64,000 nt of DNA from Phoronis australis (taxonomy: Eukaryota; Animalia; Phoronida): the NCBI GenBank assembly GCA_002633005.1, contig NMRA01000351.1:22792-86791 (forward strand), written 5' to 3'. Under the pieces are notes generated by a model. That model was not told the DNA's origin, did no database searches, and worked only from the letters and a program-made list of their open reading frames with translations. Of the stretch, positions 23,143 to 36,799 are shown one piece after another. The position numbers were made by a program, and so were the translations under genes. Positions within the stretch are counted from its first letter, which is position 1. The number at the start of each line of letters is the position of its first letter.

Positions 23143-23721
23143 GTTAAATGGTGAGGTACCAACACTTTGGTGTTAAATGGTGAGGTACCAATACTTTGTT
23201 GTTAAATGGTGAGGTACCAACACTTTGGTGTTAAATGGTAAGGTACCAATACTTTGTTGTTAAATGGTGAGGAACCAACACTTTTGTGTTTAATGGTGAG
23301 GTACCAACATTTTTGTGTTAAATGGTGAGTTACCAACACTTGTGTTTAATGGTGAGGTACCAACACTTTTGTGCTTAGTGGTGAGTTACCAAAACTTTTG
23401 CGTTAAATGGTGAGGTACCAACACTTGTGTTTAATGGTGAGGTACCAATACTTGTGTTTAATGGTGAGTTACCAACTCTTTTGTGTTTAATGGTGAGGTG
23501 CCAACACTTGTGTTAAATGGTGAGGTACCAACACTTTTGTGTTAAATGGTGAGGTACCAACACTTTTGCGTTAAATGGTGAGGTACCAACACTTTTGGGT
23601 TAAATGGTGAGGTACCAACACTTTTGTGTTAAATGGTGAGGTACCAACACTTTTGCGTTTAATGGTGAGGTACCAACGCTTTTGTGTTAAATGTTAAGGT
23701 ACCAACACTTTTGCGTTTAAT
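23143..23721. repeat. Minisatellite, 27-29-bp unit GTTAAATGGTGAGGTACCAACACTTTTGT, ~20 copies
   Basis: Visible tandem units ending ~130 bp upstream of an HSD17B7 exon. Confidence 0.95.
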
Positions 23722-23852
23722 CTAGCTATTCTGGTCATCTGGAGCTGCAAGTTTTGTAGTTTCGCAATTTTTCAAAATTCATTAATACCAGGAATATGTG
23801 ACGTCCTTATATTTTTACGGGAACACCAAATCTGCTTGTTTTGATAATGCAG

Positions 23853-23968
23853 GTGAGAGAACTGGAGGGCGTGCTTGGAGGTGAACAGCCCAGTCAGATT
23901 GTATGGACCTCTTCCAGTAATGCTAACCCTGACAGCTTTGATATTGATGACATCCAGTGTGCCAACGG
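23853..23968 (+). CDS. HSD17B7: 3-ketosteroid reductase / 17-beta-HSD7, internal exon (116 nt)
   Basis: AG|VRELEGVLGGEQPSQIVWTSSSNANPDSFDIDDIQCAN(G)|GT resembles the vertebrate IRELEPLL..PSQLIWTSS..F.LEDFQ segment. Confidence 0.92.
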
Positions 23969-25744
23969 GTAAGCATAGTTGTCAAATTATGGGTAAGGTA
24001 AAATTGCAGCAACTGTTGTTATTTTACATCTGAATGTTAGTGTTGGGAAATACTTTCATTTTTCTGGTCTTCATTATGCGCCATCATAATGTGCACTTGG
24101 GCGTTGTGCGCTCCACTTGTCAAAATTAAATGAAGGAATAACTATGATGGACTGAATATGGCATGCTTGGAAATGAGCCAAGGCTATCGAAGGGTTACCA
24201 CATTGCCATGTCTTTAGGCCCATAAGGTCCTTGATATCTGAAATGATGTTTTTTGCAGCCTTCTTTTACACAAGTTTCACATCATAATGTGAATTGTTGT
24301 GAGGACTAGACAGGGACCTCGTGGGTCTTGTGCTCCACTGGCTTATATACTCTAATTTGAATAGGTTTGTTGTACCTTGTGGGTCATAAAAGAGATAGTG
24401 ATACCAACAGCTGACAAGGCAAGCAGAGTTACTCTTGTTGGTCACATTGGTGCACTCAAATGAGAAATTAAGAATTACACTCTTATATACTACATGACTG
24501 TCAACTTGTTTTGTTGTTTTGGGAGACTTAAGTCTCAGTGCCATGTGCACAACAACGATGCAAGATTTTTTAGTTTTCACAATGATCAACATTAAAAATG
24601 GAAAGCAAATATGTACCCCCTGTACTTTTTAACATCTTTCATTTCACGTCCGTTCTCACTAGCTGTATCAGAATGACTATCAACTCTGCTACATTGCGCG
24701 AGTTAGGTTCTTGTAAATTTTACATTAAGTTCATTAAATTTGCAGTTTTAAAGCTAAGCTGATACTGTGTTTACTCATATTTGCAGTATTATAACATGAA
24801 AGTAATTTTAAGATGTTGATTGTAAATCAATTTTGACGTCTTTCTTTGCTGAGAGTGTAGCCACTTAAATTACTGCGTATTAAGTCTCTTGCGGTGATTC
24901 TCCACTCTGCCAGGCTGGCCCTGACTGCATTTTGCATTTGAAAGATCTCAGCCAAAACTTCATTGATATTAGTGGAAAGAAATGCTTGAATGTGTCCGTT
25001 TTTTTCAAAGAATTTAATTCTGAAACTATTGCATGTCATTGAAAAGCGCAAAACTGTAAACGCATCTTCAGGCAGTTCTTATTAAACCATTGGCTTTACG
25101 AGCAATAAAATGTAATTGGCCAAATAGATCTGTCAGTGGTTTTCTGTTGAGCCCAGATCGTCCGGAGTAGCTCCTCATGCCAACTCCGGACGATCTCTCA
25201 CGACAATTTAGCGTTATGTAATGCAGTTGCACACAGAGGCCCATGGGCCTAATGGCATAGCATCACAGTACTCTCCTTATGCTCCGGGATTTGGCCAAAT
25301 TTCCCCGAGAATTTTGTTTTTAATATTGAGAGCTTGTTGCTTTTATTTTAGAAAATGTTTGCAAGAGGGTGTCAAGTCAGCTGACTAAGAACTACGTTTG
25401 ATTGTAGTCTTCATTTTGACATTATGCAAAGATTACGAAAAAAGAAATTTTTTTGCAACTCAGTTCCATTGCACACTCTATTATCATTCAGGCAATGAAT
25501 TTTCATAACTGAGTGATTTGGAACCCTTGACCTTGTCTACCGGGACTAAATAGGTGCTTAACTTTTTGCCCTCAGTGCCTGGGCACTTGCTGGTAAAGGG
25601 CTCATCAGTTGTTGTTACCGCACTAGAAATAATGCTCAGTAAATGTTCTTTCCAGCAAACAAGTCAATAGCTGCTGATAATGTTTGTCACAGTCCTTGTT
25701 ATTACTCGAAATTGGAGAGGCTTACCTGTTACAAAACACAACTA

Positions 25745-26763
25745 CCGAATTCGCCCTAATAACTGCCCAGGGCGCTTAGAAAAGTTCAGGAGTGGATGGG
25801 GCGCTTTTGTAACTCAAGGCAGTTGAAACCTGGTCTCCGAAATAGGTGAAATCGGAAGCTAAAATTCATCATATTTACGTTCTGTGACGTATCTGTAACC
25901 TATGACAGACTTTCTACAAAATTGGGATGCATTGTTATCAAACTTTGTTGTTAAATTACCATCATTTTACAGGAAATTGTGCTGAAATCCCATTGCAAAA
26001 ACTCGCCGACTGAATGCCTCGCTATCGGCAATATGGCAACTTGAGTGCTTGAATAAAAATAGTTTCGACTCAAGCAAATTACCTGAAATCTTTTTTAAGT
26101 TTTCCAAATAGCGTCCCTAAGATTTTTAAGTTCCCGTGGAGTAGGGATTAATGGCAGGTTAAGTCCAAATCTGTGCTAGGTCGTGCTATCATTGATCGTA
26201 GGCCTACCCGGAAACACGAGAAAAATCTCTGGACGAACACACATGTTGTTGTCACTTGACGTTTGTTTTGAAGTTCATCTGCGTGTGTGTTAGGGCGCAT
26301 GCGTGTCACTAGAGTTCATTTTCCAGAGTACTGGAACGCAAAGGCTAACGATCTAGATGTGCATTGTATCTAAAGAAATTAGCACAAGCAGTAAAGCAGA
26401 ACGTGTTTCATTCAGCACTTGCCGGTCTCACCTGCTAAAAAGCATTCGACAATCGTCTCGGTAAGGCCCATATTAGTCGCCGTGTGTCTGGATGCGTAGG
26501 TGACTTGTCTGACAGTTATTTTTCGGTTGAAGGGTGTGTAAGCATTCACTGTCAGTAGCCATTTTATCGGATATTTGGCTCAAACAATCCCTCTTCAAAA
26601 TAACGCTATAAATTTTTATGGTGTTAGAAACTGTCAGAAATTAGTGCCAATATTTATTTCTTGCCGATGCTATGCTACCCGTTTCATGAATGGATAGCCC
26701 GGCTAATGTCTTTGATGACAGGTACATGTGGCGCACGCTTCCATGCCACGTGCTTTTAACACT
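25745..26763 (+). mobile_element. Truncated copy of the pogo-type element at 45390-46839
   Basis: Starts TA|CCGAATTCGCCCTAATAAC and is collinear with 45390-46485 for ~1 kb; the right TIR is absent. Confidence 0.85.
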
Positions 26764-27034
26764 GTTCAAGTTCTTTCATTAATCGTCGATTCGCAGTTTT
26801 CATGTGTACAAAGAAATTTGAATTCCTGTGGATGGCAGGAAACAGGCAATACAATCCAGTTAACAAGTATGCTGCTGTGCCCCCTTTTGTCAATTTGTGT
26901 CTCTCTTTGCATCTGCCGAACCTCATTGGAAAAACAAGTACCGTAGACTGCAGCTGTTGATTTTCGGATGACCTGTGCTGTTTGCCTTTAGAGCTATTTT
27001 TATTCCTTCATTAAAAATGTTGAAAACTTCATTT

Positions 27035-29575
27035 TTACTTGGCGAAATGAATTTCGCCAAGTATGTTGCTCTGTCGTTGCTAAGTTTTTACTTGGTCTGT
27101 CATCAATTTTCGTCCAATTGGCACGAAATTCGCACATGACGTGTAGATCGGGAAGTATTAGAAACCTATTGTTTATGGTCATGATCGTATTCAAAATGGC
27201 AGACGTGGTGGCCATTTTGTTTATGGTTTCAGATTCAAATGCTCATAGAGGTCGCATTTTTCAATGTACAGAGCTGAAACTTGGTGCGATTGTTACACAA
27301 CACAAGTACTACATTTGCGCGGTAAATCGTTAACTTCCGGTTAAAGATGGCGGAAATATTGGCCATGGCGCATGCGCACCTAGATATCTGGCCGAAAACG
27401 TTTTCTCCTGTAGAGGGCGCATTGGTGAGCCAATCATTTTCAATCTCGTCACCTGTCTCTTTCGTTTAATTGGCTATTATAAAAGTTTGTTTAACTGGAA
27501 GTCACTTTCAAGATGACGGATCTGGCGCATGTTAACCGATTTTCAGTCGTGCTGGAGTGCCATTTTAAATGGGAAGAGAGAATGACGTGAATTTTTGCTT
27601 GTGGATTCTTTGAAGTATACCCTTTCAAATGACCTGTAACAATTTTTTTCTAAGACTTGCCGTTTTCGAGTTATTTGACTTTGAATTTCTAATCTTAAAA
27701 AAACGCAAAATTTCATATTTTTTGAAAAATTTAGGGAATTGTGTGATACTATAAATTTAGATAGAGCTTTGAATGGGTTTTCAGAAGATGTTTTCCATTT
27801 TCGCTAAGGACGTCTTTTTTCGAGTTATTCAGGACTTTCTGATAGCGCTGTTCCTTTGTTGAGCGCTCTTGCTGCATTGATGTTGGTTTAGCTTCTATTG
27901 AACAAGACTTCAGCCTATTTCTTAGTAATTTCTTCTCTAGTCTCATGAATGTTATCGTGTTGTTCATAATCGCCGCCTTCATCGTCCTCGTCGTTCTCCC
28001 CATCGTCCTGTTTTCGCTTAATTTTGCCAAGTGTCACTCATCCGAGTGCTCTCGATCTGTTGTCACTTTACCGGGTGCAGGAACAGGACTGAAGGCTATT
28101 TCTTACTGATTTGTTCGCTAGTCACATGAATGTTATCATGTTGTTCATATTTGCCACCTTCATCCTCATCATCTTTGTCGTCCTCCCTCATCGTCTTCTT
28201 TTTGGTTAATTTCGCCAAGTGTCGCTCCGCTGAGCGCTCTCACACTGCTGTCACTTTACTGGCTATTGAACAAGACTGTAGCTTATTTCTTACTGATTTA
28301 TGACATCTAAGCTCGTCATATGAATGTTATGATGTTGTTCATCATCACTACCTTCATCATCGCAATCATCGTCCTTGCAGCCTAGTGTCTCTCATTTTTT
28401 TTTTTGTTCGCACGATACAGGTCGCAATTTTCTTCCAGTCATCCCGAAATTTACACATAACACATAGTTTCGGAAGTACTGGAAGCCTATTGTTTTTCGT
28501 CATAATCGGATCTAAGATGGCAGATGTGGTGGCCATTTTGTTTCCATTGTAAGATTCAAATGCTTCTGGAAGCTTCAATTCTTTACGTACAGGGCTGAAA
28601 ATCGGCACAGTTATTGTACTGGAAATGTGCTACAAGCATACTGGAAAATGTATACTTCTGGTTAAAGTTGGCAGAAATATCGGTGATTGCGCATGCGCAC
28701 CTCAATTTTGGCTTAAAAACATTTTCTCCTGTAGAGGGCGGATTATAGAGCCAATTTCTTCGAATTTTACAGGTATTTAATTTAAGTTTCTTATATCATG
28801 CTATTATTCAGAACTGAAAAACCAGAAGTTGCTGTCAAGATGGCGGATCTGGCGCATGTTGACCCACTTTCAGTCGTGCTGGAGTGCCATTTTAAGCGGG
28901 AAGAGATAATGACGTGATTTTTTGCATGTGGATTCTCTGATGTATACCCTTTCTAATGAACTGTAACAATTTTTTTCTCAGACTTACCGTTTTCGAGTTA
29001 TTTGACTTTGAATTTCAAACAAAAGCCGCACAATTTCAATTTTTTTAAAAAAATTTACGGAATCTGGCAATACCATCAATTTAGATAGAGTTTTGAATGG
29101 ATTTTCAGAAGATGTTTTCCATTTTTTGCTAGGACGTCTACTTTTCGAATTCGAGATTTTCTGATAGCGCTGTTGAGTTTGTTGAGTGCTCTTACTGCAT
29201 TGATGTTTCATGGTTTAACTTCTATTGAACAGGACTGTAATCTCTTTATTACTGTTTTATGACATCCAAGTTCGCCATGTGAATGTTATGTTTTTTATCC
29301 TCATTACCATGGTCATCATATTCGTCATCTTCATCATCATCTCCGCCGTCGTCTTTTCAGTTAATTTCGCCAATTGTCGCCTATTTCTTAGTTTAATTTC
29401 TGACCTCTACCTTTGTCATATGAATGATATCATAACTTGTATTGTCCATCATCGCCACCATCGTCGTCATATCCGTCATCTTCGTCATCATCTCTGTCGT
29501 AGTCTTTTCTGGTAATCTCTAACGTGGTTTTTTTGGTTAATTTCGCCAAGTTTCACTCCTCGGAGCGCTTTCAAT
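27035..29575 (+). mobile_element. Helentron/HINE-like element (family H1), two tandem bodies
   Basis: 5' T-run plus hairpin ACTTGGCGAA-ATGAAT-TTCGCCAAGT; 3' subTIR ATTTCGCCAAGT plus a short hairpin. The body at 27100-27900 is repeated at 28420-29230. CAT/CGT-rich microsatellite tracts; no TSD. Confidence 0.72.
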
Positions 29576-29965
29576 AAAGTTTTTGACTTGATGTTAGTTT
29601 CAACTGGTGGAGCACCTAAACATGTTTTTCAGTTTTGACTATTGCAGCTACCCCTTTTTGTCAATTTGTTGTCTTCTTCCATCTTCATGACATGAAGCTG
29701 AGAAACACCCCAAAACGTGTTAGCAGTGCACCTTGGGTAAATGTGCTCTTGTTATTTTAGGTTACTGGTAGTTGCGTACCACTGAAAATTTTTTTCTTTA
29801 AATTGACTGCGACTCATGGAAGTCATAGCTTTTCCTCATTAGCCTTTAGCAATTCTCACAACTGACAAAATTGCTCACACACCAATTATGAGCATAATAT
29901 TATGTGTTGATGAGGATATTAGTAATTATTGTTCAACCGTGCCTTGTTGATGTTATGTTTTTCAG

Positions 29966-30041
29966 TGGAGAGCCATACAGTTCTTCTAAGTACTGTACAG
30001 ATATGTTGAGTATTGGTCTCAACCAGAGACTTAACACAAAG
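29966..30041 (+). CDS. HSD17B7: HSD17B7 exon with the SDR catalytic YxxxK motif (76 nt)
   Basis: AG|(G)GEPYSSSKYCTDMLSIGLNQRLNTK|GT; phase matches the previous exon (2+1). Confidence 0.95.
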
Positions 30042-30172
30042 GTACACACATTACTTAGCATACTTTCAGGACATTAAAGAGTTCCCACCATGCATTTTCT
30101 TAGTTTTTGAGGTTTCATATAGTTAACATGAAATGAATGCCTTGAAATCTAACTAAATATTTTATAAGCACA

Positions 30173-33100
30173 TAAGGCGATATTTTTTCAAATGAGACAA
30201 TATTGGAACGGTTCCGCACTTTTTTAATATCCACTTAGGGCCATAAAAAATGGTATGTAGCAAATCTATACCTTACCCTAAACATGTTTACAATGTTACA
30301 TTTTGATTTCCTCAATTAGCATTTTCTTAATTAGAAGTTCAATTTTTGCCTTGCGGAATATTCCGCACTGAGTGCAGAATGTTCCGCACTCAGTGCGGAA
30401 TGTTCCTCAGGTGTGCTGAATATTACGCACACTTGCGGAATATTCCGCAAATGTGCGGAATATTCCGCAGATTTTGCGGAATATTACGCACTGCGCAAGT
30501 TTTGTGGAATACTGTGACTTGAGAAATATTATGTATATTTTGTGGAATAATAATCAAAATAATAATTTATTTTTAAAAATAAATGTGAAAGTTCCTGAAG
30601 GGTTCCACAAACAGAAAAGTTTAGCACAGGACTGAAATTTTTAATTTTCTCCCAGCCCAATAAACATGAATTACATTCCATTCTCAATAGTACTTGAGAG
30701 TATAACGTGCCCACTCTCAATGATATATTAATCAATGTGACTGTTGCAGAAGGGTTCCACATGTGGAACGGTTCCGCAAACAGAATAGTTTTTTGGAGAA
30801 CACAATTTTTTAAATTCTCATGACCAATAAAGTTAAAATGCATTCCATAATCAATACCACTTGAAAGTATCAATGTGACAATCCTATTAATAATTACTTG
30901 ATCCATGTGACAGTTGCGGAACCATTCCGCATGCGGAACCGTTCTGTATGGGGAGCGATTTCCCAAAACGAATGGTTTTGCTGGGTATTTGATTTCACCA
31001 TTCAACTTAAATTGCATTACATTATCAATGCCACTTGAAAGTATCGATGTGACAATCATAACAGTAATTAGTTGATCAATGTGACAGTTGCGGAACCGTT
31101 CCACATGCGGAACCGTTCCGCAAACAATACTTTTGTGATCATCACAAGTTTGAAAACAATTTTCTTGCACATTTCAGTTGAAATTTACTCTCTTCTCAAT
31201 AGCATATGGAAATATCAATGAGTCAACATGAACAATGATTAATCAGTGTGGAACTTGCTGAATGGTTTGTGATGCAGTAACCTACCTCAAGCAGACTCGG
31301 GGGAAAAATCGACATATTGTCTATGACATTTTACTGCTTTTGGTAGAACCTTAACACAAGCCATGAAATATTCAAATCTTAACGTACAACAAGCATTAAA
31401 CATCAAAGTATCAGAATTTCTACCCCAACCATAACTAATTATTAAAAGTGACATTTGGGGAACCATTCTCCATGCAAAACCGTTCTCCATGGGGAGCGAT
31501 TTCCCAAACAGAAGGGTTTTGCTGGGTATTTGATTTCACCAATCAACTTAAAATACATTAAATTATCAATGCCACTTGAAAGTATCGATGTGACAATCCT
31601 AACAGTAATTAGTTGATCAATGTGACAGTTGCAGAACCGTTCCGCATGCGGAACCGTTCCGCAAACAATACTTTTGTGATCCTCACAAGTTTTAAAAAAA
31701 TTTTCTTGCGCATTTCAGTTGAAATATACTCTATTCTTAATAGCATATGGAATTATCAATGTGTCAACATGAGCAATGATTAATCAGTGTGGAACTTGCT
31801 GAATTGTTTGTGATGAAGAAACCTACCTCAAGCAGATTCGGGGAAAAAATCGACATATTGTCTATGACATTTTACTGCTTTTGGTAGAACCTTAATACAA
31901 GCCACGAAATATTCGAATCTTAATGTGGAACAAGCATTAAACATAAAAGTATCAGAATTTCTACCCCAACAATAGTTAATTAATAAAAGTGACATTTGGG
32001 GAACCATTCCGCATGCAAAACCGTTCTCCATGGGGAGCGATTTCCCAAACAAAATGGTTTTATGGGGTATTTCTTTTCACCAATCATCTTAAAATGCAGT
32101 CATTTTTCAATGCCACTTAAAACGTTCGATGTGACAATCCTAACAGTAATTAGTTGATCAATGTGATAGTTGCGGAACCGTTCCGCAAACAAAACTTTTG
32201 TGACCCTCACAATTTTTTAAAAAATTTTCTTGCACATTTCAGTTGAAATATATTCTATTCTCAATAGCATATCAAAATATCAATGTCTCAACATGAACAA
32301 TGATTAATCAGTGTGGAACTTACTCAATGGTTTGTGATGAAGAAACCTACCTCAAGCAGACTCGGGGAAAATTGACATCTTGTCTATGCCATTTTACCGC
32401 TTTTGGTAGAACCTTAACAAAAGCCATGAAATATTCGAATCTTAACGTACAAAAGCATTAAACATAAAAGTATCAGAATTTCTACACTAACAATAATTAA
32501 TTAATAAAAGTGACAGTTGCGGAACCATTCCGCATGTGGAACCATTCCGCAAACAATACTTATGTGATCCTCACAAGTTTTAAAAAAAATTTCTTGCACA
32601 TTTCAGTTGAAATATACTCTATTCTCAATAGCATATGGAAATAATGAGTCAACATGAACAATGATTTATGAGTGGGGAACTTGCTGAATGGTTTGTGATG
32701 CAGAAACCTACCTCAAGCAGACTCGAGAAAAATAGATATCTTGTGTATGCCATTTTACCTCTTTTGACAGAACCTTAACACAAGTCATGAAATATTCAAA
32801 TCTTAACGTACAACAAGCATTAAACATAAAAGTATCAGAATTTCTACCCTAACAATAATTAATAAAAGTGACAATTGCGGAACTTCCGCATGCGGAAAAA
32901 TTCCGCAGGGGGAGCAATTTCCGAAACCGAATGGTTTTGCGTGGTATTTGATTTCACCAGTCAACTTAAAATGCATTCTATTTTCAATGCCACTTGAAAG
33001 TATTGATGTGAAAATCCGAACAGTAATTAGTTGATCAATGTGACAGTTGCGGAGTCGTTCCGTATGCGGAATGGTTCCGCAAACAATACTTTTGTGATCC

Positions 33101-36100
33101 TCACAAGTTTTAAAAAATTTTTCTTGTACATTCCAGTTGAAATATACTCTACTCTCAATAGCATGTGGAAATATCAATGTGTCAACATGAACAATGATTG
33201 ATCAGTGGCGAACTTACTGAATGGTTTGTGATGCAGAAACCTACCTCAAGCAGACTCGCGAAAAATTGACATCTTGTCTATGCCATTTTACCGCTTTTGG
33301 CAGAACCTTAACACAAGCCATGAAATATTCAAATCTTAACGTACAACAAGCAGTAAACACAAAAGTATCAGAATTTCTACCTTAACAATAATTAATTAAT
33401 ATAAGTGACAGTTGCGGAACATTTCTGCATGCGGAACTGTTCTGCAAACTATAGTTTTGTGGAGCTCACAATTTTTTAAACTTCTTACACATTAAGGTTG
33501 AAATATATTCTATTCTCAATAACACGTGAAAATATCAATGTGTCATCATGAGCAATAATTAATCAGTGAGGAACTTGCTGAATGGTTTTGGATGCAAAAA
33601 CCTACCACAAGCAGACTCAGTGAAAATTTGATATCTTGTCTATGCCATTTTACCGCTTTTGGTAGAATGTTAATACATGATACGGAATATTCAAATGTTA
33701 ATGTGTAACAAGTATGAAACATAAATGTATCAGAATTTGTACCGTAACGGTAATTAACTAATAAATGGAACACTTGCGGAACCATTCCACAGGATGTCAA
33801 TTTTATATAATAATATTTCCCAGTTAAATCAGTGTTAGAGCAAATTTTATTTTTCCATGATTTTTGGGTACCTCAGAATTGAGCATTTTGGCTTCTATGC
33901 AAAAATTTAATCGGAAAAATTAATTTTTAAAAATTTTTTCTTTAATGTCCTGTGTATGTGCAATGACATGAGCAAAAAAGTAGGGTTCCCCAATTAGTTT
34001 TCAAGCTACNTATTAATTAAATATTGTTGGGGTAGAAATTCTGATACTTTGATGTTTAATGCTTGTTCCACATTAAGATTCAAATAGTTCGTGGATTGCG
34101 TTAAGGTTGTACCAAAAGCGGTAAAATGTCATAGACAATATGTCGATTTTTACCCGAGTCTGCTTGAGGTAGGTCTCTGCATCACAAATCATTCAGCAAG
34201 TTCCCCACTGATTAATCATTGCTCATGTTGACACATTGATATTTCCATATGCTATTGAGAATAGAGTATATTTCAACTGAAATGTGCAAGAAAAATTTTT
34301 TAAAACTTGTGAGGATCACAAAAGTATTGTTTGCGGAACGGTTCCACATGCGGAACGGTTCCGCAACTGTCACATTTATTAATTATTGTTAGGGTACAAA
34401 ATCTGATACTTTTATGTTTAATGCATGTTGTAGGTTAAGATTTGAATATTTCATGGCTTGTGTTAAGGTTCTGCCAAAAGGGGTAAAATGGCATAGGCAA
34501 GATGTCAATTTTTCGCGAGTCTGCTTGAGGTAGGTTTCTGCCTCACAAACCATTCAGCAAGTTCGCCACTGATCAATCATTTTTCTTCATGTTGACACAT
34601 TGACATTTCCATATGCTATTGAGAATACAGTATAATTCAACTGAAATGTGCAAAAAAAAATTTTTAAAACTTGTGAGGATCACAAAAGTATTGTTTGCGG
34701 AACGGTTCCGCATGCGGAACGGTTCCGCATGCGGAACGGTTCCGCAACTGTCACTTTTAATAATTAATTATTGCTAGGTTAGAAATTCTGATACTTTTAT
34801 GCTTAATGCTTTTTGTACGTTAAGATTCGAATATTTCCTGGCTTGTGTTAAGGTTCTACCAAAAGCAGTAAAATAGCATTAACAAGATGTCAATTTTTCG
34901 CCCGAGTCTGCTTGAGGTAGGCTTCTTCATCACAAACCATTCAGCAAGTTCCCCACTGTTCAATCATTGTTCATGTTGACACATTGATATTTCCATATGC
35001 TATTGAGAATAGATTATATTTCAACTGAAATGTGCAAGAAAATTTTTTTAAAACTTGTGAGGATCACAAAAGTATTGTTTGCGGAACGGTTCCGCATGCG
35101 GAACGGTTCCGCAACTGTCACATTTATTAATTAATTATTGTTAGGGTACATATTCTGATACTTTTATGTTTAATGCTTGTTGTACGTTAAGATTTGAATA
35201 TTTCATGGCTTGTGTTAAGGTTCTGCCAAAAGCAGTAAAATGTCATAGACAATATGTCGATTTTCCCCGAGTCTGCTTGAGGTAGGTTTCTGCATCACAA
35301 ACCATTCAGCAAGTTCCCCACTGATTAATCATTGCTCATGTTGACACATTGATATTTCCATATGCTATTGAGAATAGAGTATATTTCAACTGAAATGTGC
35401 AAGAAGATTTTTTTAAAAGTTGTGAGGATCACAAAAGTATTGTTTGCGGAACGGTTCCACATGCGGAATGGTTCCGCATGCGGAATGGTTCCGCAACTGT
35501 CACATTGATCAAGTAATTATTATTAAGATTGTCACTTTGATACTTTCAAGTGGTACTGATTATGTAATGCATTTTAACTTTATTGGTCATGAGAATTTAA
35601 AAAATTGCGGAACCGTTCCGCATGTGGAACCCTTCTGCAACCGTCACATTGATTATTATTATATTATTGAAAGTAGACACATTATACTCTCAAGTACTAT
35701 TGAGAATGGAATGTAATTCATGTTTATTGGGCCGGGAGAAAATTAAAAATTTTAGTCCTGTGCTAAACTTTTCTGTTTGTGGAACTTTTCTGGAACTTTC
35801 ACATTGATTTTTAAAAATAAATTATTATTTTGATTATTATTCCACAAAATATACATAATATTTCTCAAGTCACAGTATTCCACAAAACTTGCGCAGTGCG
35901 TAATATTCCGCAAAATCTGCGGAATATTCCGCACATTTGCGGAATATTCCGCAAGTGTGCGTAATATTCAGCACACCTGCGGAACATTCCGCACTGAGTG
36001 CGGAACATTCTGCACTCAGTGCAGATTATTCCGCAAGGCAAAAATTGAACTTCTAATTAAGAAAATGCTAATTGAGGAAATCAAAATGTAACATTGTAAA

Positions 36101-36233
36101 CATGTTTAGGGTAAGGTATAGATTTGTTACATACCATTTTTTATGGCCCTAAGTGGATATTAAAAAAGTGCGGAACCGTTCCGCACACTTAGAGACTAAA
36201 TAATATTGTCTCATTTGAAAAAATATCGCCTTA
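30173..36233. mobile_element. Foldback element with multi-kb inverted arms built of tandem repeats
   Basis: Termini TAAGGCGATATTTTTTCAAATGAGACAATATT and its reverse complement. Left arm 30173 to ~33790, right arm 34011-36233, N at 34010. Many GCGGAACCGTTCCGC and TGCGGAATATTCCGCA palindromic motifs. Confidence 0.9.
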
Positions 36234-36353
36234 CATTTTGTGTCACATAGTCGTGAATTTTTTTAATTTAAGAAGAAAAAATAGTTATTTCCAAGTTTCC
36301 CACCAAATGGTGTAATGGGTGGAAGATGTTTGGTCACTTGACAATCAATTACA

Positions 36354-36554
36354 ATGGCGGAACACAGCAGGTCAGAAAACGAGGGCGATTTTGAGCAAGA
36401 GCTGGACAATTATGCAGACAGAGAGGAGAAAGATACCGACAGTTACACTCAAGTACTTGAAGAATTGGACAATGAATTTGATTTCCCATTTAGCGAACTT
36501 TCACCGGCTTTACGGTCGTATGAACTCGACCCACTTGCAGGAGAAATACTGTAG
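36354..36554 (+). pseudogene. KolX-like N-terminal ORF (66 aa)
   Basis: Acidic N-terminus followed by LRSYELDP (compare the YxFEP motif). It converges on the THAP remnant, as in K1 and K2. Confidence 0.55.
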
Positions 36555-36799
36555 ACATACATGTATGTGAGCACAACCAACTGAACTATTAAGGGGTGGT
36601 CAATGTTCACAAAATTGACTCTTAAAATCACAAAGTCCACAGTAAATCTGAGTCACTCGTACTCACTATTGTCATAACGTTACGTGTCGTAGCACTCGAA
36701 GTGGACCGGGGTTGAGGGCCTGGCATCACTGGTCCTAGTGAGAATGGATGCATTTTTTTCGTAATTTATAAAATTTGCCAATACACGTACAAGGTGACG

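Noticed and set aside
23143-23721. 29-bp repeat array as CRISPR
   Set aside because: Units are contiguous with no unique spacers, so it is a minisatellite.
1-23852. Upstream HSD17B7 exons (TGxxxGxG, NAG, NxFGH motifs)
   Set aside because: Candidate AG..GT segments near 11330, 15190, 21850 and 22130 did not translate to SDR-like sequence; these exons probably lie before the window or in gaps.
30529-31170. 213-aa ORF and similar ORFs in 31287-35934
   Set aside because: Translations of foldback tandem repeats, with no protein motifs and frames not conserved between units.
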